Origin: Chthonomonadales bacterium | Lineage (GTDB): Bacteria > Armatimonadota > Chthonomonadetes > Chthonomonadales > CAJBBX01 | Length of the DNA: 64,000 nucleotides | Assembly (NCBI GenBank): GCA_035477595.1 | Contig: DATIKM010000033.1 | Location: 3,639 to 67,638 of the forward strand | Direction: 5' to 3' | Part shown: positions 38,042 to 47,997 of the stretch, one piece after another | How the letters are laid out: every line of letters begins with the position of its first letter | How positions within the stretch are numbered: the stretch's first letter is position 1 | Notes under the pieces: model-generated | The model's database searches: none | What the model was told of the DNA's origin: nothing | Seen by the model: the letters and a program-made list of their open reading frames with translations, nothing else | Position numbers and translations under genes: made by a program

Positions 38042-39459
38042 ATGTGAGGGAGTACGAGGCGCCGACTCTGAGGGACGGTCTGCTGCAGGTACGCGAGGAC
38101 CTGGGACCGGATGCCGTCATCCTCGAGACGCAGAAGCTGAGGCGCGGAGGCGTGATGGGCCTGGGAGCGCGCGACGCGGTGCGTATCGTCGCCGCGCTCG
38201 AGGTACCGATGGCGCCACGCTCCGAGCCGCCTGTGCGGCGGCCACTCACCGATGCGACAACCGCCATCGCGCCTTCGGGCTCGCCCGAGGCCCCGCCATC
38301 TGTGCGGGCGGCCTCGCCGATGCGAGCAGGCGCGCCGCGGCCAGAACACCCGTCCGGCGCTCCCACCCGTCCGCAGATCACGCCCTCCACGGAGGCATCG
38401 GTAGCACGTCCGCATCCCCGTCTGGACCGCGCGTACGAACGCGCAGCGCAGTCGGAGGGGCCGCGCGCGCCCACCTGCTCCGGTGCACCGTTAGCGCATG
38501 CAGTGGCGCGGGATCGCGTCGCCGCCGTGCGCAATGAGGAGGGAGGGCCAGCGGTCGCGCGCCTTGAGCGCGAGATTCGGGAGTTGCGCGACAGTGTGGC
38601 GACCGTGCGCGGCATGGTGCTCTCTCCGACGGGGCCTGGTGGGAGCGGGTCGTCGGGTAAGGCCACGGCGTTCGCCGCGAGGGGCGACGACTACGATCGG
38701 CTCGTTGGCGCCGACGTACAGCCCCAGCTCGCCCGGGAGCTGATCGACGGCATGCCTGACCTCGGCGCGTGGGAGGACCGAGCACGGCGGCACCTTGCGG
38801 AGCAGGTCCTGAGTGACGCGATGGCAGCGCGAGTGTCCGCTTCTGGGCCTATCGCCGTCGAGCGCGATGCCGCACACGTCGTCGCCCTCGTCGGACCTGT
38901 GGGCGTCGGGAAGACGACTACCATCGCCAAGCTGGCGGCGCACTACGCACTGGCCGAGGGGCGCCGGGTGGCTCTGCTCACGATGGACACCTACCGCATC
39001 GCAGCGGTCGACCAGCTGCGCACCTATAGCCAGATCATCGGCATCCCGCTCACCGTTGTCAGCAACCCCGCCGAGGCGCGCCAGGCGCTCGCACAGCTGG
39101 CCGGCAAGGACCTGGTGCTGATCGATACCGCCGGCCGCAGCCAGAAGCATGCCATGCAGATGGCGGAGCTCAAGGCGCTCGTCGATGCGACGGGCTGCGA
39201 GACGCATCTGGCTCTGAGCGCCTCGACGAAGTACGCAGACATGATGGATCAGGTGGCACGCTTCTCCCATGCCCGTGTGGACCGTCTCCTGTTCACGAAG
39301 CTCGACGAGACGACTACCTACGGCACGATCTTCTCGGTGGCCGCGGCTGCAGGGCTGCCCGTCAGCTACCTGACGACGGGCCAGAGAGTGCCGGAGGACA
39401 TCGAGGATGCCACGCCTCCCAAGCTTGCCTCGCTCGTCCTGAACCAGCAGGTCCGCTGA
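38038..39459 (+). CDS. flhF: Flagellar SRP-type GTPase FlhF
   Basis: N-terminus 'MNVREYEAPTLRDGLLQVREDLGPDAVIL', and G motifs 'GPVGVGKTTT', 'DTAGRS' and 'TKLDET'. ATGA overlap with flhA. Confidence 0.85.
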   Translation: MNVREYEAPTLRDGLLQVREDLGPDAVILETQKLRRGGVMGLGARDAVRIVAALEVPMAPRSEPPVRRPLTDATTAIAPSGSPEAPPSVRAASPMRAGAPRPEHPSGAPTRPQITPSTEASVARPHPRLDRAYERAAQSEGPRAPTCSGAPLAHAVARDRVAAVRNEEGGPAVARLEREIRELRDSVATVRGMVLSPTGPGGSGSSGKATAFAARGDDYDRLVGADVQPQLARELIDGMPDLGAWEDRARRHLAEQVLSDAMAARVSASGPIAVERDAAHVVALVGPVGVGKTTTIAKLAAHYALAEGRRVALLTMDTYRIAAVDQLRTYSQIIGIPLTVVSNPAEARQALAQLAGKDLVLIDTAGRSQKHAMQMAELKALVDATGCETHLALSASTKYADMMDQVARFSHARVDRLLFTKLDETTTYGTIFSVAAAAGLPVSYLTTGQRVPEDIEDATPPKLASLVLNQQVR

Positions 39460-39633
39460 GCGCGACTGCTCTGCCCGCCGGGGCCCGATCGCGGCCAGGC
39501 TCTCGCGGTCGTGGTCCTGAATGCTTCGTCGCGGCGCGGAGGCAGGCGGCAGTCCGGGAAGCTGGTACAATACACCACTCCGTCGATCCCCCGGACCCGA
39601 GAGGGTGCGGCCGACCACCTGGGACCGCCGACG

Positions 39634-40929
39634 ATGAAGTTCTCTGCTCCCCCCTACATGCACGACGTGCTGCCGTCCGAGCCCGCGCGAGACGGATGGC
39701 TGCACGTCGCACGCTGGCGCGCGCTGGAGGCGGCATTCCGGTCAACCTGCCAGGACTTCGGCTATCGCGAACTTCGGACGCCCGTGATGGAGACGACGGA
39801 TCTGTTCGCGCGGAGCATCGGTGCAGGCACCGACATCGTCAGCAAGGAGATGTTCACGTTCGAGGACCGGGGCGGCCGCAGCATGACCCTCCGGCCGGAG
39901 GGCACGGCTCCCGCCATACGGGCCTACCTCGAGCACGGCCTCGGTGGGGAGCGAGCGGTCAGCAAGCTCTACTACATTGCGACGATCTACCGCTATGAGA
40001 GAGGCCAGCGCGGTCGCTACCGCGAACACCAGCAGACAGGCATAGAGGCGATTGGCTCTCAGGATCCTGCCCTTGACGCCGAGGTGATCGGCCTCGCCAT
40101 CGAGTTCTACCGACGGCTCGGCATCGACGAGACAGAGCTCCGCCTCAACTCGGTGGGGTGCCCGGTGTGCCGGCCTGCGTACCGCGAAGCCCTGGTTGCG
40201 TTCGCGCAACCGCTTGCAGATGCGATGAGCGCCGACAACCGCGTCCGACTCCATCAGAACCCGCTCCGCATGCTCGACAGCAAAGACGAACGCGACCGCG
40301 AAGTGTTGGCGGGCGCCCCCGCGCTGCCGGAGTTCCTGTGCAACGAGTGCGACTCTCACTTCACCGAGCTTCAGTCGCTTCTCGCGGCCGTGGGCATCGC
40401 ATACCGGCTGGACGCGCACCTTGTTCGCGGGTTTGACTACTACACGAAGACGGCGTTCGAGATCGTGAGCCCGCATCTCGGGGCCCAGAACGTGCTCGGC
40501 GGCGGCGGGCGCTACGACGGCCTGGTGGAGGAGTGCGGCGGCCCTCCGACGCCTGGGATCGGCCTCGGCATCGGCACCGAGCGGTGTCTGATCGTGCTGG
40601 ATCAGCTCGGGGTGAAGCTCCAACTCGAGGATGAGCGTCCGGACGTTGTGGTCGTCACGGTCGGTGCGGTGGCGCGGCGCGAGGGCGTAAGGCTGCTGAT
40701 GGAGCTGCGCAAGGCGGGCCTGGCTTCCGACATGGACTACTCCGGGAAGAGCGTGAAGTCGCAGATGCGGCACGCGGACCGGAGCGGAGCGGCCCTCGTC
40801 GCCCTGCTCGGCGACGAGGAGCTCGAGAGCGGGATGGTGACGGTGCGCCCGTTGCGGGCCGGTGGCGACCAGGTGAAGATGCCGCGAGCCGATGCAGTGC
40901 GGCATATCTGCGCTCTGCGGGTCGGCTAG
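39634..40929 (+). CDS. hisS: Histidyl-tRNA synthetase
   Basis: 'IYRYERGQRGRYREHQQ' and 'GGGGRYDGL'. The start is ATG 39634. Confidence 0.93.
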   Translation: MKFSAPPYMHDVLPSEPARDGWLHVARWRALEAAFRSTCQDFGYRELRTPVMETTDLFARSIGAGTDIVSKEMFTFEDRGGRSMTLRPEGTAPAIRAYLEHGLGGERAVSKLYYIATIYRYERGQRGRYREHQQTGIEAIGSQDPALDAEVIGLAIEFYRRLGIDETELRLNSVGCPVCRPAYREALVAFAQPLADAMSADNRVRLHQNPLRMLDSKDERDREVLAGAPALPEFLCNECDSHFTELQSLLAAVGIAYRLDAHLVRGFDYYTKTAFEIVSPHLGAQNVLGGGGRYDGLVEECGGPPTPGIGLGIGTERCLIVLDQLGVKLQLEDERPDVVVVTVGAVARREGVRLLMELRKAGLASDMDYSGKSVKSQMRHADRSGAALVALLGDEELESGMVTVRPLRAGGDQVKMPRADAVRHICALRVG

Positions 40930-40964
40930 CTGGGTCTGCGGGTCGAGGGGGAGGGTGGAAGCGC

Positions 40965-42815
40965 TTGGAGGCCTGGCAGCGAACGGACGAGTGTGGCGCT
41001 CTGCGCGCGGTGGACATCGGCCGCACGGTCACCGTGAACGGCTGGGTCAACGCGATCCGCGACCACGGTCAGCTCGTGTTCATCGATCTGCGCGACCGCA
41101 CGGGTCTCGTGCAGGTGCGCGCGGGTGTGGCGCAGACCGGGGAGGGGCTACTGGCTGCTGCCTCAGCGGTGCGGCCCGAGTACGTCCTGTCGGTGACGGG
41201 TGAGGTCCGTGCGCGCTGCGCGAAGGACGTGAACCCTCGACTGCCCACGGGGGAGATCGAGGTGGACCTTCGAGCGATCGAGGTCCTGTGCCCCTCGCGC
41301 CAGCCGCTGCCGTTCCAGCTCAGCGACGAGGCGATGATGGCGCAGGTGAACGAGGAGCTTCGTCTCCGGCACCGCTACCTCGATCTGCGCAGGCCGCGCA
41401 TGCAGGAGATGCTGCAACTGCGCCACGACGTGGTGACGGACATCCGCGCCTACCTCAACGCGAGAGCCTTCCTGGAGATAGAGACGCCCATCCTCACCAA
41501 GAGCACGCCGGAGGGGGCTCGCGACTACCTGGTGCCGTACCGACTGGAGCCGGGGCTCTTCTACGCGCTGCCGCAGTCGCCCCAGCAGTACAAGCAACTG
41601 CTCATGGTATCCGGCTGCGAGCGGTACTACCAGATAGCGCGCTCCTTCCGCGACGAGGCCCAGCGCGCCGACCGGCAACCGGAGTTCACACAGCTCGACC
41701 TCGAGATGTCCTTCGTCACGCAGGAGGACATCATGGAGCTTGCGGAAGGGCTGACGATCGACCTGGTCACGCGCCGCTCGCACAAGCGGCTTGGCGCGGT
41801 GCCGTTCACCCGGCTGACGTACGACCAGGCGATCGCGCGGTTCGGGTCGGACAAGCCAGATCTGCGGATCGGGCTCGAGCTGGCTGACGTCGGCGAGGCT
41901 GTTCGGGGCTCGGAGTTGGGTGTTTTCCGCGCTGCTCTGGAATCCGGCGGACAGGTCAAGGCGCTCCGCTATCCTGGCGGGGCTTCGCTCTCGCGCAAGG
42001 AGATCGACGATCTCACGGGTCTGGCCCGCGACGCGGGAGCAAAGGGACTGGCCCACCTGATGGTTGACGCAGCCGGCGTGCCGTCGTCGGCGGGCGCCCA
42101 GAGCTACGCGGCCGGGCCGTGGGCGGTTCGTGGCTCCATCGGGAAGTTCCTGGCGCAGCGCGAGTTGGAGGCATGCTTGCGATCGATTGACGCGGAGCCA
42201 GGTGACCTCGCGCTGTTCGTGGCGGACAAGCCGTCCGTGGTGGCCGCAGCGCTCGGCCGCCTGCGCGTGGAGGTCGGTCGCCGGCTGGCTCTTGCCGATC
42301 CGGACGTGCTTCACTTCTGCTGGATCACCGACTTCCCGCTGGTGCTCTGGGACGAGGAGCAGGGGGGCTGGGATGCGGCGCACCACCCGTTCACGATGCC
42401 GCATCCCGAGGACCTCGCGCTCCTCGAGAGCGACCCCGGGCGCGTGCGTGCGCAGAGCTACGACATCGTGTGCAACGGTGTGGAGTGGGCCTCCGGCTCG
42501 ATTCGTGTCCACCGCGAGGACATCCAGGAGCGTGTGTTCGGCCTGCTCGGCATCTCGCCCGAAGCGCAGCGCCAGCGCTTCGGACACATGCTGGCGGCGT
42601 TTTCCTACGGCGCTCCGCCACACGGCGGCATCGGTCCGGGGATCGACCGGCTCCTCATGTTGATGACAGGCACGGACAACATCCGTGAGGTGATGGCGTT
42701 CCCGAAGATGGGCGAAGGCTTCGATCCGATGATGGGGGCGCCGTCTCCCGTCGATCCTGCCCAACTGGACGAGCTGCGGTTGCGTATCGTGGAGCGGGAG
42801 ACCACATCGGGCTAG
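40965..42815 (+). CDS. aspS: Aspartyl-tRNA synthetase
   Basis: 'FIDLRDRTG', 'FRDEAQRADRQPEFTQLDLEMSF' and 'GGIGPGIDRLLM'. TTG start as listed. Confidence 0.93.
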   Translation: MEAWQRTDECGALRAVDIGRTVTVNGWVNAIRDHGQLVFIDLRDRTGLVQVRAGVAQTGEGLLAAASAVRPEYVLSVTGEVRARCAKDVNPRLPTGEIEVDLRAIEVLCPSRQPLPFQLSDEAMMAQVNEELRLRHRYLDLRRPRMQEMLQLRHDVVTDIRAYLNARAFLEIETPILTKSTPEGARDYLVPYRLEPGLFYALPQSPQQYKQLLMVSGCERYYQIARSFRDEAQRADRQPEFTQLDLEMSFVTQEDIMELAEGLTIDLVTRRSHKRLGAVPFTRLTYDQAIARFGSDKPDLRIGLELADVGEAVRGSELGVFRAALESGGQVKALRYPGGASLSRKEIDDLTGLARDAGAKGLAHLMVDAAGVPSSAGAQSYAAGPWAVRGSIGKFLAQRELEACLRSIDAEPGDLALFVADKPSVVAAALGRLRVEVGRRLALADPDVLHFCWITDFPLVLWDEEQGGWDAAHHPFTMPHPEDLALLESDPGRVRAQSYDIVCNGVEWASGSIRVHREDIQERVFGLLGISPEAQRQRFGHMLAAFSYGAPPHGGIGPGIDRLLMLMTGTDNIREVMAFPKMGEGFDPMMGAPSPVDPAQLDELRLRIVERETTSG

Positions 42816-43178
42816 CCTTGGTGTTCCAGCAGGTGGGTTCCTGGGGGATGGACCCAGATGCGATGTGGGTGGCAGCACGACACGCCTCTGAACGTGGCGC
42901 CCACCATCGCTCAGCGTCGTGAGAGCCGGCCGGGGTGATCGCCGGCAGCGTCTTCTGCCGCCGCGCAGCCATAGCCGACCTGCCGTAGCCGGTCGATGGG
43001 TGCGTCCGGCAGTGCCCGGCCCCAGCGTGTACCTCTCGGGGTGGGTCCACGCTGCTGGGGTAGAGACCCAAGAACGCCCGAGGTGACCAGGCGGAAGGTT
43101 GGCGATGGCTGCGCGGCGAAGGTGGCACGCACGGAGGCAGCGGCGTCGCGACTGGCGCTGGTCCGAGGGAGGGGCCCA

Positions 43179-44207
43179 GTGAGGGCGATCGTGAAGACGC
43201 GGCCTGCCCCCGGCGCGTCGTTGCTGGACGTGCCAGAGGCGCGGATTACCGCGAACGACCAGGTGCTCGTCCAGATGGAGGCGTGCTCCATCTGCGGCAC
43301 CGACTACCACGTCTACCGGTGGGATGAGTGGTCCGCCGGGCGCGTGCGCCCCCCGCGGATCATGGGCCATGAGCTGGCCGGGCGGGTCATCGAAGTCGGC
43401 GCGGACGTGCATCACATGCGACCCGGTGATCGCGTTTCCGCCGAGTCGCACTGGGTCTGCGGCCAGTGCTTCCAGTGCCGCAACGGCCAGCGCCACGTGT
43501 GTCGGCACACGCGGATCATGGGCGTCGACGCCGATGGATGCTTCTCCGACCTGGTGGTCTTGCCCTCCGCCAGTGTCTGGGTGAACGACCCGTCGGTCCC
43601 GCCCGAGGTCGCCTGCGTTCAGGATCCCCTCGGCAACGCTGTCCATGCAGTCCTAGTCGATGAGATCGTGGGACGCACTGTTGCCGTGCTGGGGTGCGGA
43701 CCGATCGGGCTCTTTGCTGTCGCCGTGGCACGCTCCTGTGGCGCAGTACGAATTGTGGCCACCGATTCGCGGCCCTTCCGGCTGGACCTCGCGCGCCGTC
43801 TGGGCGCAGATGACGCTATCGACATCACCGCGTGCAACCCCGTCACTGTCGTGCGCGACATGACGTCGGGGCTGGGCGTCGACGTGGTGCTGGAGATGTC
43901 GGGAGCCCCCGTAGCCGTCCGGCAGGCGATGGAGATGGTCAGGGCCGGAGGCCGCGTGTCGCTGATGGGCATTCCGTCACGAGAGGTGGGCCTGGACGTG
44001 GGGTCCATGATCTTCAAGGGCCTCACCGTTCACTGCGTGGTGGGCCGCCGGCTCTACGAGACATGGGACACGATGCGCTCCATGCTGTCGGCAGGTCACC
44101 TCGACGTGGCGGCGGCGATCACTCACCAGATTCCCTTCGAGGAGTACGAGGAGGGCATGGCTCTCATGCGGGAAGGTCTGTGCGGGAAGGTCGTCTTCCG
44201 GCCGTGA
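43179..44207 (+). CDS. tdh: L-threonine 3-dehydrogenase (zinc MDR family)
   Basis: 'GHELAGRV', 'CGQCFQCRNGQRHVC' and 'GCGPIG'. GTG 43179 with GGAGGG upstream gives a typical 342-aa length. Confidence 0.85.
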   Translation: MRAIVKTRPAPGASLLDVPEARITANDQVLVQMEACSICGTDYHVYRWDEWSAGRVRPPRIMGHELAGRVIEVGADVHHMRPGDRVSAESHWVCGQCFQCRNGQRHVCRHTRIMGVDADGCFSDLVVLPSASVWVNDPSVPPEVACVQDPLGNAVHAVLVDEIVGRTVAVLGCGPIGLFAVAVARSCGAVRIVATDSRPFRLDLARRLGADDAIDITACNPVTVVRDMTSGLGVDVVLEMSGAPVAVRQAMEMVRAGGRVSLMGIPSREVGLDVGSMIFKGLTVHCVVGRRLYETWDTMRSMLSAGHLDVAAAITHQIPFEEYEEGMALMREGLCGKVVFRP

Positions 44208-44262
44208 CGATCGGGCGCGCCGCCCGCAAGGTTGCGGCTGGCCAAGGAGGCGCCGCATCGCG

Positions 44263-45456
44263 ATGAACTCCACTCTCCAGGCTTGGCTCGACGCTCAGTT
44301 GTCGGATCTGCACGCGCAGCACCTCTACCGCCCGCTGGTCGAGCTGCAGAGCCCGCAGGGCGGGTCGATCGAAGTCAACGGCAAGCGGGTCATCAACCTG
44401 TCCTCGAACAACTACCTCGGGCTGGCCAACCACCCGGCGGTCAGGGAAGCCGCGATCCGTGCCATTGAGCAGTGGGGGGTCGGCGCAGGCGCGGTGCGCA
44501 CGATCATCGGCACGATGTCGCTCCACCAGGAGATGGAGCGCCGCCTGGCAGCCTTCAAGCACACGGAGGCAGCCATCGTGTTCCAGTCGGGCTTCACGGC
44601 CAACGCGGGCACGATTCCGGCGCTAGTGACATGCGACGACGCGATCATCTCGGACGAGCTCAACCACGCGAGCATCATCGACGGATGCCGCCTCGCCGGG
44701 CTGCCCTCAGAGCAGCGGCCAGTCTACCGCCATTGCGACATGGACTCGCTCCGCGAGACTCTCCGGTGCGTGCCGGGAGCGAGGAAGCGTCTGATCGTCA
44801 CCGATGGCGTCTTCAGCATGGACGGAGATATCGCCCCGCTGCCAGATATCGTCTGCCTAGCGGAGGAGTACGACGCGGCCATCATGGTCGACGACGCGCA
44901 CGGTTCGGGTGTGCTCGGGGGCGGGAGGGGCACGGCTTTCGGGTTTGGGGTCCACGACCGCATCGATGTTCAACTTGGGACGCTCTCGAAGGCTGTGGGC
45001 GTGATGGGGGGATACATCGCCGGCTCCGCGCGCTTGCGGGACTGGCTGACGCAGCGCTCCCGCCCATTCCTCTTCAGCACCGCGCACCCGCCGGCAGTGT
45101 GCGGCGCGGTGATCGCGGCCCTCGAGCTCATGGAGCGGGATTCGAGCCTCACCGACCGGCTCTGGCACAACACGCGGCTCTGGCAGGGCGGCCTGCGCGA
45201 ACTGGGCCTCGACCTCGGCGTCACGCAGACGCCGATCACGCCGATCATCGTGGGAGACGAGGCGGCCGCGCAGCGGCTGCAGCACGACCTCTTCGAGGAG
45301 GGAGTGCTTGCGATGTCGGTCGTCTTCCCGACCGTCGCCCGCGGGCGAGCGCGGGTACGCACGATGCCGAGCGCAGCCCTCACCGAGGAGGAGATCGCCG
45401 ACGCGCTCACCGCGGTCAAGCGCGTCGGCGGGCGGATGGGTCTCATCAAGGCGTAG
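44263..45456 (+). CDS. kbl: Glycine C-acetyltransferase (2-amino-3-ketobutyrate CoA ligase)
   Basis: 'NYLGLANHP', 'SGFTANAG', 'DDAHGSGV' and 'GTLSKA' (PLP Lys). It sits directly after tdh. Confidence 0.88.
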   Translation: MNSTLQAWLDAQLSDLHAQHLYRPLVELQSPQGGSIEVNGKRVINLSSNNYLGLANHPAVREAAIRAIEQWGVGAGAVRTIIGTMSLHQEMERRLAAFKHTEAAIVFQSGFTANAGTIPALVTCDDAIISDELNHASIIDGCRLAGLPSEQRPVYRHCDMDSLRETLRCVPGARKRLIVTDGVFSMDGDIAPLPDIVCLAEEYDAAIMVDDAHGSGVLGGGRGTAFGFGVHDRIDVQLGTLSKAVGVMGGYIAGSARLRDWLTQRSRPFLFSTAHPPAVCGAVIAALELMERDSSLTDRLWHNTRLWQGGLRELGLDLGVTQTPITPIIVGDEAAAQRLQHDLFEEGVLAMSVVFPTVARGRARVRTMPSAALTEEEIADALTAVKRVGGRMGLIKA

Positions 45457-45469
45457 GAGGCGCAGGCCG

Positions 45470-45733
45470 ATGGCGAGCTTGATCGACAAGTACCTCCGCC
45501 ACGAAGTAGAGGTGCTCTACCTCACCGATACCGCGACGTACCGCGACCGAGGCCAGCTTACCGACGCCGGGGACGGCTGGTTGGAGCTCACCAAGCCGAG
45601 CGGCGAGACCTTCGCAGTACCGATGACCGCCGTGCGGCTGCTCAAGGTCATAGGTACGCCCAACCCGGAGGCCACGCGCCTTCTGAGGCCGGCGACAGAC
45701 AGGCAGGACGAACAGGAGCAGCGGAAGGGCTGA
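45470..45733 (+). CDS. Small hypothetical protein (87 aa)
   Basis: ATG 45470 is preceded by TAGGAGG, which overlaps the kbl stop. I recognise no family. Confidence 0.4.
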   Translation: MASLIDKYLRHEVEVLYLTDTATYRDRGQLTDAGDGWLELTKPSGETFAVPMTAVRLLKVIGTPNPEATRLLRPATDRQDEQEQRKG

Positions 45734-45759
45734 CCGCCCTCCGAAAGGGAGACGAACCG

Positions 45760-46584
45760 ATGGCGCTTCGTGACATGGCGATAGGCGTGTTCGTACACGG
45801 CGACCCGATTGCCGCGATCCGCAAGGTTAAGTCGCTTGGGCTCGACAACTGCCAGATGCTCTTTCCTGGTCCGGAGTGGAGCACGCCGGAACAAGTTGCG
45901 CGCCTCCGGGCGGAGATGGAGAGCGCTGGTGTCACGGTGACCTGTGTATTCAGCGGCTTTCCGGGTGAGAGTTACGCGGACATCCCGACCATACGCGACA
46001 CGGTCGGCTTGGTGCCGGAGGGCACGCGCTCCGCGCGAGTCGACATGTCGCTTGAGCATGCGGCCTTCGCCAGGGCCGTCGGGGCTCCGGTGCTGGCCTC
46101 CCACATTGGCTTCGTTCCCGATGACCACGCCGATCCGGTCTACGTTGCGGTGGTGGAAGCGGTCCGCCGAATCTGCGACCGCTGTGCGGAGCTCGGTCTC
46201 AGGTACGCCCTTGAGACGGGGCAGGAGCGCGCACCTGTCCTGCTGCAGTTCCTGAGGGATGTCGACCGGCCGAACCTCGGAGTGAACTTCGACCCCGCCA
46301 ACATGATGCTCTACGGCTCCGGGGACCCCATCGAGGCGCTCGGCATGGTGGGTGAGTACGTGATTGGAGCCCACTGCAAGGACGGCGACTACCCGACGGA
46401 GCCGGGCACGCTGGGGACCGAGTACCCTCTTGGACAGGGCAAGGTCGGTTTCCCGCGCTTCATCGGCAAGCTTAAGGAGCTGGGATACCGCGGGCCGCTC
46501 ACCATCGAGCGCGAGATTGAGGGAGATCAGCAGACTCGGGACATCGTGGCAGCGGTCGCCATGTTGGAGAGCATCCGCGGCTGA
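45760..46584 (+). CDS. Sugar phosphate isomerase/epimerase (xylose-isomerase-like TIM barrel)
   Basis: 'YALETGQE' and 'NFDPANMMLYG' are metal-binding strand patterns typical of the family. Called from motif recall. Confidence 0.7.
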   Translation: MALRDMAIGVFVHGDPIAAIRKVKSLGLDNCQMLFPGPEWSTPEQVARLRAEMESAGVTVTCVFSGFPGESYADIPTIRDTVGLVPEGTRSARVDMSLEHAAFARAVGAPVLASHIGFVPDDHADPVYVAVVEAVRRICDRCAELGLRYALETGQERAPVLLQFLRDVDRPNLGVNFDPANMMLYGSGDPIEALGMVGEYVIGAHCKDGDYPTEPGTLGTEYPLGQGKVGFPRFIGKLKELGYRGPLTIEREIEGDQQTRDIVAAVAMLESIRG

Positions 46585-46602
46585 CGGACGGCGCCGCGCT
46601 TG

Positions 46603-46632
46603 TTGACACATGCCGAGGGCGTTCGGTATAAC
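46603..46632 (+). promoter_or_regulatory. Sigma70-type promoter of trxA
   Basis: TTGACA (46603-46608), an 18-nt spacer, then TATAAC (46627-46632). Confidence 0.6.
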
Positions 46633-46681
46633 GCGCCTGAGCGCGCACGGCTAGCGACGCATAGCCGGCAGGAGGGCACGC

Positions 46682-47014
46682 ATGAGCAGGGCGGCTGCGG
46701 TCACGGCGGACACGTTCGATACGGAGGTGCTCCACTCAACGATGCCTGTCGTTGTTGACTTCTGGGCGGAGTGGTGTGGGCCCTGCCGGATGGTCGCCCC
46801 GCACCTGGACGCGATCGCTGAGGAGTACGCCGGCAAGGCGAAGGTCGTCAAGGTGAACGTCGACGAGGAGCCAGACCTCGCGGGCCGCTACAACGTGATG
46901 TCGATCCCCACACTGCTGTTCATCAAGGACGGCAAGGTTGTCGACCAGTCCGTCGGCGCCGAGCCGAAGTCAGCAATCGTGTCGCGACTGGAGAAGGTGC
47001 TGCAGAGCGCCTGA
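46682..47014 (+). CDS. trxA: Thioredoxin
   Basis: 'DFWAEWCGPCRM' active site in a 110-aa protein. Confidence 0.93.
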   Translation: MSRAAAVTADTFDTEVLHSTMPVVVDFWAEWCGPCRMVAPHLDAIAEEYAGKAKVVKVNVDEEPDLAGRYNVMSIPTLLFIKDGKVVDQSVGAEPKSAIVSRLEKVLQSA

Positions 47015-47035
47015 GGGCGCCACACAACAGCATAA

Positions 47036-47135
47036 GGCTGGGGGTGCCGGGGCGACCGGCTGAGACTCCGCATGGTGCGGGGAACCCTTGGAACCTGATT
47101 CGGGTAATGCCGACGGAGGGAAGCGTCATCGCGTC
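47036..47135 (+). promoter_or_regulatory. TPP (THI-box) riboswitch aptamer
   Basis: GGGGTGCC (47041-47048), CTGAGA (47070-47075), and ACCCTTGGAACCTGATTCGGGTAATGCCGACGGAGGGAAG (47094-47133). These match the conserved TPP aptamer core almost verbatim. An extra hairpin CCGCA-TGG-TGCGG sits between CTGAGA and ACCC. The P1 pairing is not obvious by eye. Confidence 0.85.
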
Positions 47136-47150
47136 GTCGCGTCGCCGCCA

Positions 47151-47185
47151 CTCCTGCCGGAGGGCGGCGACGTTTGGCATGTGGC
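47151..47185 (+). terminator. Candidate expression-platform hairpin of the TPP riboswitch
   Basis: GTCGCCGCC-A-CTCC-tgcc-GGAG-GGCGGCGAC (13 bp) followed by GTTTGG. The CTCC segment could alternatively pair with the GGAG at the 3' edge of the aptamer. Confidence 0.5.
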
Positions 47186-47256
47186 TGTCCCCCCGGATGG
47201 GGTGCGTGGGACCTCTGGAGGAGCCCGACCAACGCCATGGCTTCGGGAGGCCTCAG

Positions 47257-47997
47257 ATGCACCGCAGAACAAGCGCCTTTACGCTGGTCGAGCTGCTAGT
47301 CGTCATAGCCATAGTCGCGATATTGGCTGCGATCCTCTTCCCCGTTCTCCTCCAGGCCCGGGAGAAGGCTCGCGAGACCACGTGCGTCAGCAACGCGCGA
47401 CAGATCGGCATGCAGGTCCGCATGTATGCTCAGGACTACGACGAGACCATGCCGATCTTCTACGCCTACAACAGCCAGCCGCCGGCGGGCGACCCCGGTC
47501 ATGAAGGAGTAGAGCTGCTCATCCTGCCATATGGCAGGAGCAGGGACGTCTTCCGCTGTCCCATTGATGCTGGGGGGCCAGCTGTCACCGACCCAACCTT
47601 CGGGTGCCCGGGGCGCACCTCGTACTACGCCTGCTACGGCTCCAGCTACCGCTTCAGCAGAGGCGGCTTCACGATCGTGGCCGGGGAGTCGCACCAGAAC
47701 AACGTCCTCCTTACCTACGACCAGATGGTGACGGACGCCTCCTTTGTGGTTCCATCCGAGACACGGATCATCCGCGACGAGATGTTCCCCTTCTTCGTTC
47801 AGGAGCGATACGGCTACTATCCGGACTACTTCCGACGATGGCACGCACGCGGCGGCACGGTGATCTTCGCGGACGGCCACGCTCGCTTTACGGTCAGCGA
47901 CGACGCGTTTGATCGTCAGATCGTGTGCGCCGCCGGCGGACGGAGCGGAGAACGGAATCCGGCCACCGGCGAGCTCTTCTACTGGGAGTGCGATTGA
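47257..47997 (+). CDS. Prepilin-type N-terminal methylation-motif protein with C-terminal H-X9-DG domain (DUF1559-type pseudopilin-like)
   Basis: 'AFTLVELLVVIAIVAILAAILFP' and 'HARGGTVIFADG' (H-X9-DG). ATG 47257 with GGGAGG upstream. The listed 47044 start would read through the riboswitch. Confidence 0.85.
   Translation: MHRRTSAFTLVELLVVIAIVAILAAILFPVLLQAREKARETTCVSNARQIGMQVRMYAQDYDETMPIFYAYNSQPPAGDPGHEGVELLILPYGRSRDVFRCPIDAGGPAVTDPTFGCPGRTSYYACYGSSYRFSRGGFTIVAGESHQNNVLLTYDQMVTDASFVVPSETRIIRDEMFPFFVQERYGYYPDYFRRWHARGGTVIFADGHARFTVSDDAFDRQIVCAAGGRSGERNPATGELFYWECD

Noticed and set aside
41163-43646. 827-aa ORF on the minus strand.
   Set aside because: It lies antisense to aspS and tdh, both of which have unmistakable conserved motifs. 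Its translation is Arg/Pro/Gly/His-rich with no recognisable domain. This is the classic shadow ORF of high-GC DNA.
47044-47256. N-terminal extension of the prepilin-like ORF.
   Set aside because: It would translate straight through the TPP riboswitch and its hairpin. The prepilin methylation motif must sit close to the N-terminus, and ATG 47257 has a good SD.
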